A DNA stretch of 64,000 nucleotides from Octopus vulgaris (GCA_951406725.2 OX597827.1:49228001-49292000), one strand, 5' to 3'; shown: positions 1-12,177, numbered from the stretch's first letter. The notes: generated by a model from the letters alone, not told the origin. Made by a program: numbers and translations.

Positions 1-879
1 GTCACTGTACTGGCTCTCATATCATTATTACTACTATAATTATTCCTACTGAGCATTAAACCGGGAGCGGAAGAGGCTGTGCCTCCGGAAAAAGGTGATA
101 GGGTCTTAGTAAGTAGCCTATTATTATGGGAGGCGATTATCTGGACGAGGTTTTTAGTGTTGGAGAAAGCTATCCTAACTTTATGCGAGTTAACCGTGGA
201 GTAATATTTGGAATTTCTGGGGAAGTTATTGGCGATGGCTTGTCTAAACATGAGGGGGAGGTTAGTTCTAATCTGCTTACCAAAGGGGATTACAAACCAT
301 ATATGCTTATTCCTATCAGTGTGATGGATCGGGACACCAGCTCTCGCATTCGGGTGGGTGATTCTCGGATGAATGACGGGTCTTGGGTTAGTGTAAGACC
401 TCCCGGACCGATAATTATCCTTGTTCGCTAAATTAAATGCGGGAGCGACTACCCCGGCATCCACCGCGCTCCCGTCCTTACTTAAAATGTTAATGTTATT
501 ATATACGGCCCTATCCTGATGACCGAATGATGGCATCGGAAGGGCCGGATCAATATAAATTACCTTCTGCCTATAACCGGCCTTGGATAGTGCGGCGTTA
601 TAAAATTCCGCTTTCTGCATAAAAATATCGGCACTGGCGGACAAGCCAGACAATCTTAGAGAGATGTTTTTAACCAAATTGTCTGTTACGGTTTTGGCAT
701 GATTTGAGAAGACACTGACATACTTCAAATTAGTGGAAGGCTTATGGTAAGGGCAGTATGAGTCGCTATTAAGGTTAAGTGTAACGTCTAGGAAATTGGC
801 CTTGGTGAGTTCATTATCAAAAACTATACTCATGCCCATTCTATTAAAAAACCTAGCTAACCTGCTCTTAGTTTTCTTA
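1..879 (-). mobile_element. 5'-truncated Penelope-like retroelement (Naiad-type), stop-free ORF covering RT C-terminus/thumb and linker, running off the window edge
   Basis: Manual translation of the minus strand is open from ~879 to 1: KTKSRLARFFNRMGMSIVFDNELTKANFLDVTLNLNSDSYCPYHKPSTNLKYVSVFSNHAK...NISLRLSGLSASADIF...FYNAALSKAGY...HIWFVIPFGKQIRTNL...NFPRNSKYYSTVNSHKVRIAFSNTKNLVQIIASHNNRLL. The motifs NFLDVTL, PYxKP, SNH, RLSxLS, ALxxxGY, IWFxxPF and IIxSHN match PLE RT/linker. Probably absent from the ORF track because it has no stop inside the window. Confidence 0.88.
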
Positions 880-882
880 GTT

Positions 883-953
883 TTCGAAACACGTGTAGAA
901 TGAAATAAAACGATTTCTGTTCAATCTGCGTTCAGCTCCATTTCTTCAATTCA

Positions 954-956
<3 letters not shown>
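883..956 (+). mobile_element. Inverted Penelope-type 3' terminus (hammerhead 3' half plus AATAAA) fused to the 5' truncation point of the PLE ORF
   Basis: TTCGAAACACGTGTAG (GAAA, palindromic ACACGTGT, GUA), then AATAAA and CGTTCAGCTCCATT, ending in (TA)n. Clearly similar to 42204-42281. Confidence 0.65.
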
Positions 957-988
<32 letters not shown>

Positions 989-1007
989 TTTTACGAGGAA
1001 AAGTATA

Positions 1008-1049
<42 letters not shown>

Positions 1050-1075
1050 TGCACTTTTACGAGGAAAAGTGTATG

Positions 1076-1108
<33 letters not shown>

Positions 1109-1165
1109 GCACTTTTACAAGGAAAAGTATATATATATATATACTCTTTTACAAGGGAAAGGTTG
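957..1165. repeat. Compound minisatellite: 4 copies of hairpin unit ACTTTTACRAGGAAAAGT separated by (TA)n/(TG)n
   Basis: Units at ~988, ~1053, ~1110 and ~1145 (degenerate); ACTTTT and AAAAGT are self-complementary. Confidence 0.8.
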
Positions 1166-1218
1166 ACAGTGACTTCGACGTTTCTGGTTGCATGGCTTCC
1201 TTAGGTCGAAAAAATTGA

Positions 1219-1525
1219 CCCAGTATCAGTACTTTTTATTTTTAAGACTGGCACTTATTCTGTCGGCCTTTTTTTTTGCCTAACTGCTAAGTTGCAAGGA
1301 CATAAACACACCAGCAACGGTTTTCAAGCCATGATGGAGAGACGAGCACAGGCATAAAGACACACACACACATACACACCTATACGACGGGCTTTCAGTT
1401 TCTGTCTACCAAATCCATTCACAAGGCTGTGATTGGCTCGAGGTTATGGTAGAAGACACAAGGTACCACACAGTGAGACTGATCCCGGAATCAAGAAGTT
1501 GAGAAGCAAACTTGTTACTACACCT
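1219..1525 (-). mobile_element. tRNA-derived CORE-type SINE (family A; octopus OR-like), degenerate
   Basis: Reverse-strand match to the family A copy at 55547-55940 (TACGACGGGCTTTCAGTTTCTGTCTACCAAATCC..CACAAGGCT). Confidence 0.8.
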
Positions 1526-2139
1526 ACACAATTACACCTGAACCTATATATATAACCATATGATCTGTAAACATTAAAAAAAAACATATGTATCTATGTG
1601 TGCATATATATATATGGTCAGGATGTCTCTGTGTGTGCATGTGAACATCTTTACATATAATGAATCCATGCATACATATATATTACACGCACACGGTGCA
1701 GTGACTCTCTGGAAGAGTCAGGATTAATTTCAAAAGGATCTGAAATGACAAAGTAAAACCTGCGTAACATTTTATCTACAAATTATGCCAAAGCATTACC
1801 CTTCTGGGATATATATATATATATACACATATAGATAGATGGATGGACGGACGGACAGAGTAAAACATACTAGTCCTCATAGAATTAATTCCAGGTTTTG
1901 GTCAAGAGCGGGAGTCTAGATTCGTCTTTCGTCGAAATCAATATATAATGCCAATATATTTTCATTAACACCGATCTCACGTTAAAGCTTTCGAATATGC
2001 AATGGCAACCTCTTTCTGCAATTTATCTCCTCTGAGCTGAATTCTTCCACACCTGTTGCGTGAAAAGCAATTTTGGATCAGACTAATTAAGAAATTCCAT
2101 TCCGCTTTCTTTGGCGATTATTGCATCTTGGTTGAGCTT

Positions 2140-2270
2140 TTTCTTTTTTCTTTTTGTTTTTACGTCATTTTAATTTTTTTTTTTGTTTTTGTGTCATTTT
2201 CATTTTCTTTTTTGTTTTTGTGACATTTTCATTTTCTTTTTCTCTGTTTGTCATTTTCTTTTCTTTTGTT
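2140..2270. repeat. T-rich ~30 bp minisatellite
   Basis: About 4 imperfect copies of TTTTGTTTTTGTGTCATTTTCATTTTC. Confidence 0.65.
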
Positions 2271-2604
2271 CCTTTCACGAGTGAAATCAAATAAAACAGC
2301 AAGATTATTTACATAATGGAACCTCTCTTCACATGTGAATAACTCAAACTTGACACTAGCGAGAACAATTGTTTCGTGCCGGTTTCTTTCGTGTTTTTTC
2401 CAACCGAAATTAAAACTAACACCGTGAACATGTTGTATTAGCTGTTTTTCGCCCGAGTAGATCCATGTATCGCCTTTGTTTACGTAGAAATAGAAGTAGA
2501 AATGTCACAGCCAACTAGGTCGTCGATATAGTGTTCAGCTACCACCCGAAACGTAGGCAGTTTGCTGTCATTATTTGTTTTGTTTTGTTTTTGCAGCGCC
2601 GAAA

Positions 2605-2824
2605 ACAATTTCGCTGTCATATTTCTGCTGAAATATACAACCTTTATTTCAATTAATATTAGAAATAATTAAAAATTTAGTAAAATAACTTTGTCATTAT
2701 TAAACTGGTGTATGAAACATAACGTGAAATTTTTATGGTGGATTTTAATTTAAATCTCTTTCAAGCAGATTTGTATCATGAAACCATAGACGGTCTCAGA
2801 CGGTTTGGCATCAAAAAGGTTAAT
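2605..2824. mobile_element. Degenerate MITE, possibly piggyBac-like; second copy at ~32100-32318
   Basis: Shares CATATTTCTGYTGAAATA...ATTTAGTAAAATAACTT...CATCAAAARGGTT with 32100-32318 and ends AAAGGTTAA. Confidence 0.55.
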
Positions 2825-4149
2825 TCCTACTGGCTCAGTCAGTCGAACCGTCACATTGTACCATACATGAGAATAATTCATTGCAAAAGAGCTTCGATGT
2901 GGTTTTTCTATCTGCCAGAAATAGCAGCCACATTTTCTTTCTCTTTTTCTTTGATTATACCACTTCGTTTTTTGAAAACGCTGAATGGGAGAACGCATTA
3001 AATATACTATATACTGTATCCAAAAATATTCTATATCCAAACATTGTATATCCAAAAATAAGAGTTGATCTGATCACTAGAATGATTTTGGTCATAAGTT
3101 CGAGTAATCACCTCTTGCTTGGGGTCAAACTATCACCACCACAACAATACAATCTAACAATGGTATATAGGGTTCGGTAAGATGACTGTAGTTTTAAGGA
3201 GGGTTTCGTTAACTTGCGGCACGAAGTTCGAGTCATTCTGTGGTCTTGATTGATAAGCGAGCGAGAATCTATTAAATTCATTCTCCTTATGAAGACATTG
3301 CGTATAAGGTCACGCATAAATAGTATTTGGTATTTATTTACAGACATTTACACCCTGAGTTCAAACCCTTTCAATATCGACTTTGCCTTCTGTCTTTCCT
3401 GAGTTTGTGTTTCAGTCAAGCAATGGAGTTGCTATCTCTACGCTAGAAATTAGTTTACTCATTTTAAGTTTAATTTTTTTTCTTTCACCAGTCCAGGAGG
3501 TCCGTAATACAATCTTGAGCGCCTCGCTTCCTAGCCCAAAGGATAGGGTCAAATTGACAGATCGCTAAGCTACGAGTTCACTTCCTTGGACCTTGTCTAA
3601 CTGGGTATCAACATATCACATCTGCAGGAAGGTCAGGCAAACAATAGAGACAAGATAGTTAAACTATTGAGATTCTTTTACCAGAGACGTTAGTATTCGA
3701 AAATTCAGACAATAGAAAATGTACACAGACATTTGTAGTTGTGAATCAGAAGTACGGAATAATTATTTCAAACTAATATGAACGAGGCCCAGTCGTTTCT
3801 CGAACTCAGTTAAACGAGTCTTTCGTAGTCAATAAATATATAAAAAGTAACGGTTAGATCTTTGTAGAAATTACAGCCAGGTATTTTAGACAAATGAAAA
3901 ACACGTGGACAAATGAATTTTGGCATAGTGTGCTTAAAAATAGAAGATGAGAAGGGTAGGATCAAAATGCCTTTAGTTATAGATATGCCGATTTGGGGTC
4001 AAGTAATAATGGATATTAATAACTATCTGGTGTTTTTCGGGTGCATAGACACAGTAAGCAATACTAGGCGGGGATGAATTCTACAGGACAAACTTCCATC
4101 TTTCACGAATGTGTATATATACACATATATAAGATATATATACACATTG

Positions 4150-4340
4150 TACAAAGGAATGCTGAAAAGTTCTTGGTTTCTTTGGGTAAAAGAAAATACA
4201 GCATCAGTTAATTGTGATTTTATTCAACATTGTCAGATTCACACACTTATAGCAGCTGTCTTTCAGTGTTTCTAAGCCCTGTAAAGGGCCTCCAACCAGA
4301 CCTTTTGCGATACCCTTAAAGGCAGTAACTTTTTGTCATA
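4150..4340. mobile_element. Mariner-derived MITE; related copy at 6301-6510
   Basis: Both copies have TGCTGAAWAGTT..TGG...GATTTTATTYAACAT...ATTCACACACTTAT.GCAGC...CCTTTTGCGAYACCCTTAAA..AACTTTT, with degenerate inverted ends at TA. Confidence 0.65.
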
Positions 4341-4455
4341 TGGTCGTATATATAAATGTATGTGTTTGTCTATACATATACATGCATACATATTTACTCA
4401 TATGAATATATACATGCATGTATACACATACAGACGTATACATATATATATATAT

Positions 4456-4527
4456 GGAGAATTCACAAAAAGAACAAAAAACGAAGACAGTCGGTGTACA
4501 CAACAAACAGATGTATTAGTATAACGC
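4456..4527 (-). mobile_element. Truncated 3' tail of the CUGU(C/A)GA-hammerhead mini-element family
   Basis: Reverse complement is GCGTTATACTAATACATCTGTTTGTTGTGTACACC...GTCTTCGTTTTTTGTT...AATTCTCC(TA)n, matching the tails at 23860-23932 and 54990-55065. Confidence 0.7.
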
Positions 4528-5426
4528 CATATGTATGCGTATATATATATATATATATACATACATACATATGCCATGGTGTGATATCTGTGTGAGTTTT
4601 GTAGGACATATTTGTGCGTCCATGCGTCACTACAATACTGTACTTGTAGATAAAATATATTTTTGAATTGAAAGGGTAAGATAGGAAACATTAAACACAA
4701 TAGATCCATGACTTTAAAGAGAATTCAATGTAGAATGAAGACATTCCAATAAAGAGCCGAGACTTTGAAGAAAAGCAGAAAAAATACACATGCAGCGAAA
4801 GAGAGACATGGATATTGGAATAAATATTTCAGAAGAAAGACATAATAATGTACTAAAACTATTAAAGCTAGTTCAAGAAACTGAAATACTGTGTACAAAG
4901 TAATGTAATGGATATGAAAGAGTATGGAGTGAAAGAAAGAATATGGAGTGAGAGAGAGAATGATTGTGTGTACGAAAGGGTATGTTTGTAGGAAAACGAG
5001 TTTTTGTATGAATACGTGGGGAAATTAGGCATGTTGAAAGAGTGAAAGCATATATAACTGGAAAAGATGTAGATGTTAAAGTATAGCTGTGGTGATAGAA
5101 ATACATGAGAAAGTGAGAAAGAATGAAGGTAAAAAAGAAATGGAAAGAATGGAAGAAAGAGTGAATGATTCGATGAAAGAAATATAAATATAAAGAAATT
5201 GAAATGAATAATATATGACTGAATGTATCCATGAAATATTGCTTGAATGAGTATGAGAAACAGTTAATTACGCAAGAAAAGAAAGTATTATAAATGTCAG
5301 AATGAAAAATGGTTGGCAGTTTCAGAAGGAAAATGGATGAATGAGTTGTTCGCGGTAGAAAATGAAATATAGAATATGGCGAGGAATCTGAAAAGCAAAG
5401 TTTAAAAGGATGTTGAGGACTGAAAA

Positions 5427-5573
5427 GGCAAGTGGCCTTTGTGGTAAGAAGCTTACTTGCCAAACACATGACCCCGGGTTCCTCGTACTGTGTGGCACAT
5501 ATGGAAAATGTCTTCAAGCCGACCAAAGTTTTGTGTGTGATTTTGGTAGACGGAAACTGAAAGAAGTCCGTCG
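5427..5573 (+). mobile_element. Family A SINE 5' part
   Basis: GTGGCC..TGTGGTAAGAAGCTT...GGGTTC...TTTGGTAGACGGAAACTGAAAGAAGTCCGTCG followed by microsatellite. Confidence 0.8.
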
Positions 5574-5586
5574 TGTGTGTGTGTGA

Positions 5587-5629
<43 letters not shown>

Positions 5630-5810
5630 TATAATTTAGGGTAGCTAAGAGATACCACTACGCTGGAAATAGCTGTCAAAACTTGACTCTAAAACCACAT
5701 TTTGAGCAAACATGATTCTCTGTCATTGTGTTTTCTTTAATGAAGAAGTAATAATGCCAGGTTCTTTTTTGTCTGTTGCTAATGTTGTCAGTGGTGGTGT
5801 CGTGGTGTTC

Positions 5811-6505
5811 TATAATTAAAATATTTCCGGGTAATCAACCTCCACTAACGAACATCTTGTTCTTTAATCATTCCTCTGATACTTAACTCTCCTTCTTGCT
5901 TGCAGCTCCTCCACCCACTGCTTCCAGGACACAATTTCATCTGCTAAGATTAACTGACCTTATGCCTTGGAAACCAAGATAATATCTAGTTGCTATATAT
6001 ATATATATATATATATAACACAAATGGTCTGAGATTCACTACAGCTGTTTCATTAATCAACAAATCAATTACACCATGTAACAAAATCTGTTAGAATAAA
6101 ATTTAAAGTTTATAATTTTTTATACAGATAAGAATAGGATGCATATTGACTCTCTCATCTCGGTACCGGTACCGTAATAAGTATGCGAGTGTCTGCGTAC
6201 TCTGTTAATACCGTTATGCTTTCGTTGACACTTGTAATTACAATACGTCAATTGAACTGGATCCTGAATATGTACGTATACGGTGGTGTACATATGTAAA
6301 CAGGGGTGTGCTGAATAGTTGCTGGTTTTCGGTAACAGAAAATGCCAGAGGACCAGTTGATTATGATTTTATTTAACATATTCTCCTCTTAAATTCACAC
6401 ACTTATTGCAGCAGTCGTCCAGCCTTATAAAAGAGCTAGGAAGGCTGGGCCTCCAGCCAGGCCTTTTGCGACACCCTTAAAGCGGAGAACTTTTGAAAAA
6501 ACCCT

Positions 6506-6558
<53 letters not shown>

Positions 6559-6740
6559 CAACTAGATATTATCTTGGTTTCCAAGGCATATGGACAGTTA
6601 ATCCTAGCAGATGAAATTGTACCCTGGAAGGAGTGGGTGGAGAAGCTGGAAGCAAGAAGGAGAGTTAAGTATCAGAGGAATGATTAAAGAACAAGATATT
6701 CGTTAGTGGAGGTTGATTACCCGGAAATACCTTAATTATA
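5811..6740. mobile_element. Foldback/MITE with ~183 bp inverted arms (5811-5993 and 6558-6740) around (TA)n tracts and nested insertions
   Basis: Left arm CCGGGTAATCAACCTCCACTAACGAA...GGAAACCAAGATAATATCTAGTTGC is the reverse complement of right arm GCAACTAGATATTATCTTGGTTTCC...TTCGTTAGTGGAGGTTGATTACCCGG, with few mismatches. Confidence 0.9.
6301..6510. mobile_element. Mariner-derived MITE nested inside the foldback
   Basis: Homologous to 4150-4340; ends AGGGGTGTGCTGAATAGTT and AACTTTTGAAAAACCCTCG. Confidence 0.65.
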
Positions 6741-6860
6741 CCTATGCATATATAAACATTATGTAGTGAAATATCGTAAATGAGGGTTTAGCGAGCCATA
6801 ACTATTTGTAGGCTCGATATATTGAGCGCTTATCTCGGATACACAGAGATACACAGTAAC

Positions 6861-6863
<3 letters not shown>

Positions 6864-6945
<82 letters not shown>
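6864..6945. repeat. (CA)n-(TAGA)n compound microsatellite
   Basis: Direct reading. Confidence 0.95.
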
Positions 6946-9940
6946 GCAATACACACATATCACATACCCGTGTGTATAAAATACTGCAGATGAAGTTTAA
7001 AGAAAGTAAAAAGAAAAAGATTACATCACAGCAACTACAACATCACCAGAACAAGATATCAACAGCCTAATGAATCGTAGTATTATGTTCGGAAAGAAAA
7101 TGGTGGCGTTTCCGGCGCAGGATGGTGCTGTCTGTCTCGGAAGTTTTGTTACGGTACAAATGAGATAATCGCACCATCCTTTTTTCTATTAGTTCTATAA
7201 ACAACACCCTTTGCAAAAGATTCTTTGACTCTGTTTTAACACCTACAGGAGGCGGAATAGAGTATCAATTACTATTTTTTCATATTGCTTCTTTTGTGTT
7301 CGATATTGTTACTGCATCTTCTGTGGTTGTTCTTGGTGTTGTTTTCATGGTTGACGTTAATATTAATGTGTAGTTGTGCCGCTGCTGCTGCTGTTTTTGT
7401 CGGTATAGCCATTGTATTTGTTGTTATGTATTTTCCTGCCACTTGTATTATTATACGTCTAGATACTGCTTTCTTTTACAGAATATAAATTATTTTCGTA
7501 TGCATTGTTTTGTGTTTTTTTATTTTGCTTTTTGTTTTTTTTTGTTTATATTTATGGCTTCATGTAAATAATACAAGTATTTATGACTAACATATTAATG
7601 TCACGTGCTACATTGGCGAATTACGTCATTTGATGATTTTAATTATCAAAATCATAAAGCAGCGATGGCGGCTGCGACGGTGGTAGCGGGTATAAAGTTG
7701 CGCATTAGGTGCTGTGAGGTGAGGTCAGATGGTATACCATTCACTTTCTTTAAAGAAGAAGTAATAATGCCAGGTTCTTTTTTGTCTGTTGCTAATGTTG
7801 TCAGTGGTGGTGGTGGTGGTGTGGTGGTGTTACTCGTGTTAGTGAAAATGATGAGTATCTCTTAAATCATTTTTTTTTTCACGAATGCAGATCAGTTTAC
7901 TTCAAAGTATTATGTACACATATTAAATTATATTTATTACTCGTGGCTGTATGTTGGGGGATGGGGGTGAATTTTCTATTAAAAGGCAATTTTAATGAAG
8001 AAATAGATGTTTCGAAACGAGCAGAGCTCGGCTTCAGGTTAAATTTCACTCTTATTTGAAGTTAGATCGCCAGACAATTGATGAATTGTTCTATTTTTAT
8101 GTTCTGAGTTCAAATCCATCCTAGATCAATCTTATTTTTCATACAAGCGAGGTCGATGAAGTAACTGTGAAGTGCAATGATGAGACAATCGACCCTAGCC
8201 ATTCCCTTTAAATTTCAGGTCATGCCCCTATGTAAGAAATCAATACGGCTTTCAACAGGCAGTCTGGCGATCATCGGACATTTGCTTGTCAGTTTCTTAA
8301 CCATGACCAGTTGAGCACGTCCCTTAGTTGCTAAGGATATGCGCATCTCTGATCATAAGTATACATAGTGGGGGTGCATCTTAGACATGAGTTATGAATT
8401 ACGTAAACATATATAATATATAGACGGACAATATATGGCTATTTGTCGTATGTTTATTGTTCAATTCTAGTTATTGTACATGCATATGCATGTGCACGTA
8501 TACGATTGTGTGTTTGTATATTTTAATTATTCGCCATTGAACTCTGGTTTAACTATATTTCATCGTCTTCTACACACACTTATTTTAAATATCCACCCTA
8601 CATTTTTACTTCGCATATATTTACCGTAAATCTGCGTTCATATTTATTCACATACGTCGAATATATATATAGATAGATAGAGAGATAGATATCTTTTGTA
8701 GTTTGTCATAATTACTATTTCACTTTCAGGTTCCTACGGTTTCTACCACAAGAGAAATCAAAAATCAGATTCAATATAAACTACTTTTATTTCCGTAGAA
8801 AAGAATTCATTTGCGAATACAAGTGGAAAATATTGAAATGAAATTTTCGTTTCTGTTTTAGTAACAGTAACCTTGGGAGTTCTCAAGTAAATAATACTAA
8901 CTATATTAACTAAGCCACTAAAAACAAACGCAATTTTACAGACAGAAATGTATTAAGATAATAAGATCTTAAATAAATAGAATCGATCATAAATTTAGAC
9001 CAGATGTGTAAGACAATCTTCTTTTTGTTTCTATAAACTATTAATTTTTTGCTCTACTCTATCTTTGCTTGTTGTGTGATGATATTTTTTATAGAAATCA
9101 TGGTTTATAACCATCATTTCATTTATAGATTTTTCCTTTAGCTTTTATTCAAATGATACTTTATCAACAACGATTTACCTCTCGCTTTAGAAATAATATG
9201 ATATTTTATATGAGGAAAGGTTAATAGATTTCATTCAAACACCGATCAGTGACAATTATGTGATTCTTTTTTGCTTACATTTCTAGAAAGTATATAAAGC
9301 TAAGTGCTGAGTCTTCTACAGCCCTATGTTCTAGTAATGGCCAGAAGGACAAAACCTGAGTACCCCCCACACACACACACACACTTGCAGGCATACATAC
9401 GGGCATACATAATTTACTTATGGCATTCAATAGAATCTAGGCACATCAAAACTGAGGACGACAGAAATGGCTTGGCACAATAACATAGGGTTCACAATGA
9501 GGAAAAGCAACCGTGAAGGTATCAGGTGTTGGTAGGATACAGTAGGTATGTAAGTGCCAAATAAAATTTAAACCGTAGGCCCGACTCGGAGCTGGTTCTA
9601 GTGCAGTATGTGTGTGTGTGCGTGAAAAGGCGATAATTGTTCTATAACGTTCTGTCGTCATGAGTTTTGCTTTCTTTTATCTCAAGCCAAAATATCTGCT
9701 GGGTTTAATGACCTTAATGTCTACACCATATCTTTGTACGTTCTCATAAACAGTAATAGGCTACAAACCTAAATAAAACAAAAAGCGTTTGCAATAATAT
9801 AGTTCTTTGATCTCATTGCTTCACGCATGCCCGTTAAAACCACCCCTAATTTCCACAATAAATTTGAAAGTTATTTCTAAAATCCTACTTATCCAACAAT
9901 GTCGGATGGGTTCGTCATAAATATGTTATCTCCCCTACCT

Positions 9941-10039
9941 GTTTAAAATGTTGCCTGAAGATGGTGGATGATGTACTATGATATAATTTATGGATACATT
10001 AATAAAATTCTACCGAAACAGATGTTGTAAATTTTAAAC
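9941..10039 (+). ncRNA. Type I hammerhead ribozyme motif (Penelope-type)
   Basis: Core CUGAAGA at 9955-9961, then an extra U. Stem II is GGUGGA/UCUACC around a long AU-rich loop, followed by GAAA. Stem III is ACA-GA-UGU (near-palindrome) with predicted GUU cleavage. Stem I GUUUAAAAU(G)UUGC pairs with GUAAAUUUUAAAC. Confidence 0.7.
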
Positions 10040-10051
10040 TCCATTCTTGTT

Positions 10052-10206
10052 CAGGCATGACACTGTGGTAAGAATCTTGCTTCCAAACCACATGATTCGG
10101 GGATCGGTCGCACTGCATGACACCATGAGCAATTATCTTCTACTTTAGCCTCTGAATGGCCAAAGCCTTATGAGTAGATATAGTAAGCGGAAACTGAAAG
10201 AAGCCC
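10052..10206 (+). mobile_element. Family A SINE 5' part, degenerate
   Basis: CAGGCATGACACTGTGGTAAGAATCTTGCTTCC..ACCACATG...CGGAAACTGAAAGAAGCCC. Confidence 0.75.
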
Positions 10207-10265
10207 TGTTTCTGTCAAATTAGTTCGTAGTTGTCTCTTGTAAGCAAACTTCTATGTGCTTTCGG

Positions 10266-10418
10266 TGCGAATGGTTTTGTTATATGGTGCCGAGTTTTGC
10301 AATACTGTAAATAATAATAATGTTATGTCCTATTATTAGACTATTTTCCTTAGTCATTGCACGGTGATCGCTATAATTATTTACAGGATTGTAAAACTCG
10401 ACACCAAAACCATTCGCA
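10266..10418. mobile_element. Small MITE with ~50 bp inverted ends
   Basis: TGCGAATGGTTTTG..TGGTGCCGAGTTTTGCAATACTGTAAATAAT matches the reverse complement of ATTATTTACAGGATTGTAAAACTCGACACCAAAACCATTCGCA. Confidence 0.85.
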
Positions 10419-10499
10419 TATATATATTTATAATATAGTAACGTGTGGCTAACTGCTTATGAATTTATTTTTTTATCAATTTTTAGTACCATCAGAGAT

Positions 10500-12110
10500 T
10501 CTGTACCTATATCTAAACACAAACGTAAATTATGCTTTTTTGTACGAATATGGTCGTGTACATTTGGAATTTAGAAGTGTTGTATTAATGGGTTGTGTGT
10601 AGTTCTCATAATTTCAATTGCCATTTCAGTGGATCTTCTGTCGCTTTCATCGACTTTGCTTTTGTTTATGTGTTTGACATTATTTTTCTGAACTTCTTTA
10701 TTTCTATATATTTCCTCATTTGCCAATTCATTTGATACCACAAGCTAATTAATACGTTGTGATATCTATCTTGGAACAGGAAATGTTTGGTGATCATTGC
10801 TAGCTTGTTTATTTGTTTGTTTTTTGGCACTGTATTTGAATAGATGGTGGGCTGAACCAGGTCATGTTTCTTCACTTTACTTATTTTGTTCGTTTATTTT
10901 GCTAATTTTTCTTTAAGCTCCTCCCTTCCGTTTAGATTTCTATATAAAGTGATGCTGCTTTGCCTAATATCGATTTGGATGGGTTTGGGGAGGTGATGAT
11001 ACGGTGGAAATTGCTCTTGCTTACGTTACTAAGTATATTCTTTACTCCGAAAAGGGAGCGATTGAAAAATATTATATATAACATCATTTCCTTAGATTTT
11101 TATGTGAAAAGGAGGATTTGTGCTGTTAGATCAGTGTTTTATTTGGAAACTTTTATTGATTGGTACATTTGTTTCGAGATTGATCGCTTCGAAGGCATTT
11201 CTTCAATATTTTCTGTGTCGAATTTGTCTATCAATGTTTTGGGAAATTGTTGCGCCATCATCTCTGTATAGTCCGATAAAAATGTGTTAAGTATATCCCT
11301 TAGTTCTTCCAATATGCATAGTTCTACTAATTCACATGCCTTTGTAATTTCGGATCATCCATTACATATCCATAATGATAAATGCAACAACACTTAACAC
11401 CAAACACTACCCTATTGAAAACACTCTGTCTAATAACTGTTCAAAAGTTTTCTACAGATGCCCATGAAATCAAAACATATCTGAAACATAAAGAATCATA
11501 TCTAGAAATCCATGGCCCAAAGCCGAATTATGTGCGAACGTTCTAAAGTCGTTGCTACGAAATGGAAATTGCTTAAAAATGAAATAATCTGAAATACAAA
11601 ATAATTGCAAGAGGAACAAACGACAAAAATTACATCGGAACTGCAAGGTAAACATTTAAAACCGGATGTACATAATACATTCACTCGTAACGCCTTATTT
11701 ATATCAGAAATAGCACGTTAATTTGTACATAAGATTGCTAGACGAATACAAACATAAATCTACTATACTATACTGCACTGTAGAATATAGCTATAATTTT
11801 TTTTAAACACAGTAACAAGAAGATACAAACACTGCGGTTTTCACAAATGTGCTGTGGTCTTTCTTGTATAAATCTAAGTCTCTTGGCAACTGGAGATAAG
11901 GTTGGGTAATTGTGCCAATGTCTGTCCTCTTATCTCCAGAAAATAAGCCCGTCTTTTATCGTTTTTTCTAATGACATGTCAACTTGGGAAGATTCTTGAT
12001 TTTTTAAAATTCTCTCCTCTTTTAATATGGAACTGATCTTAATTGCTATTTGGTATTTCTAACATGTCGTCTAGAGGCTTAGATAATTTTAATAAAATTT
12101 CACGATTTGT
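10500..12110 (-). pseudogene. Highly decayed Penelope-like (Naiad-type) RT remnant; edges uncertain
   Basis: Minus strand at ~11340-11250 reads ACELVELCILEELRDILNT / frameshift / FIGLYRDDGA, matching the PLE RT catalytic region (ExCELVGLxxL...GLYRDDG). The surroundings are A-rich, with stops and frameshifts. Confidence 0.6.
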
Positions 12111-12117
12111 TCAACTA

Positions 12118-12177
<60 letters not shown>

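Noticed and set aside
126-431. 101 aa plus-strand ORF
   Set aside because: Antisense shadow of the minus-strand PLE ORF.
957-1165. CRISPR-like palindromic repeats with spacers
   Set aside because: The spacers are microsatellite, the context is eukaryotic, and there are no cas genes.
4873-5628. 251 aa minus-strand ORF
   Set aside because: Starts in (TA)n, crosses a SINE, and continues through purine-biased low-complexity DNA; no domain motif.
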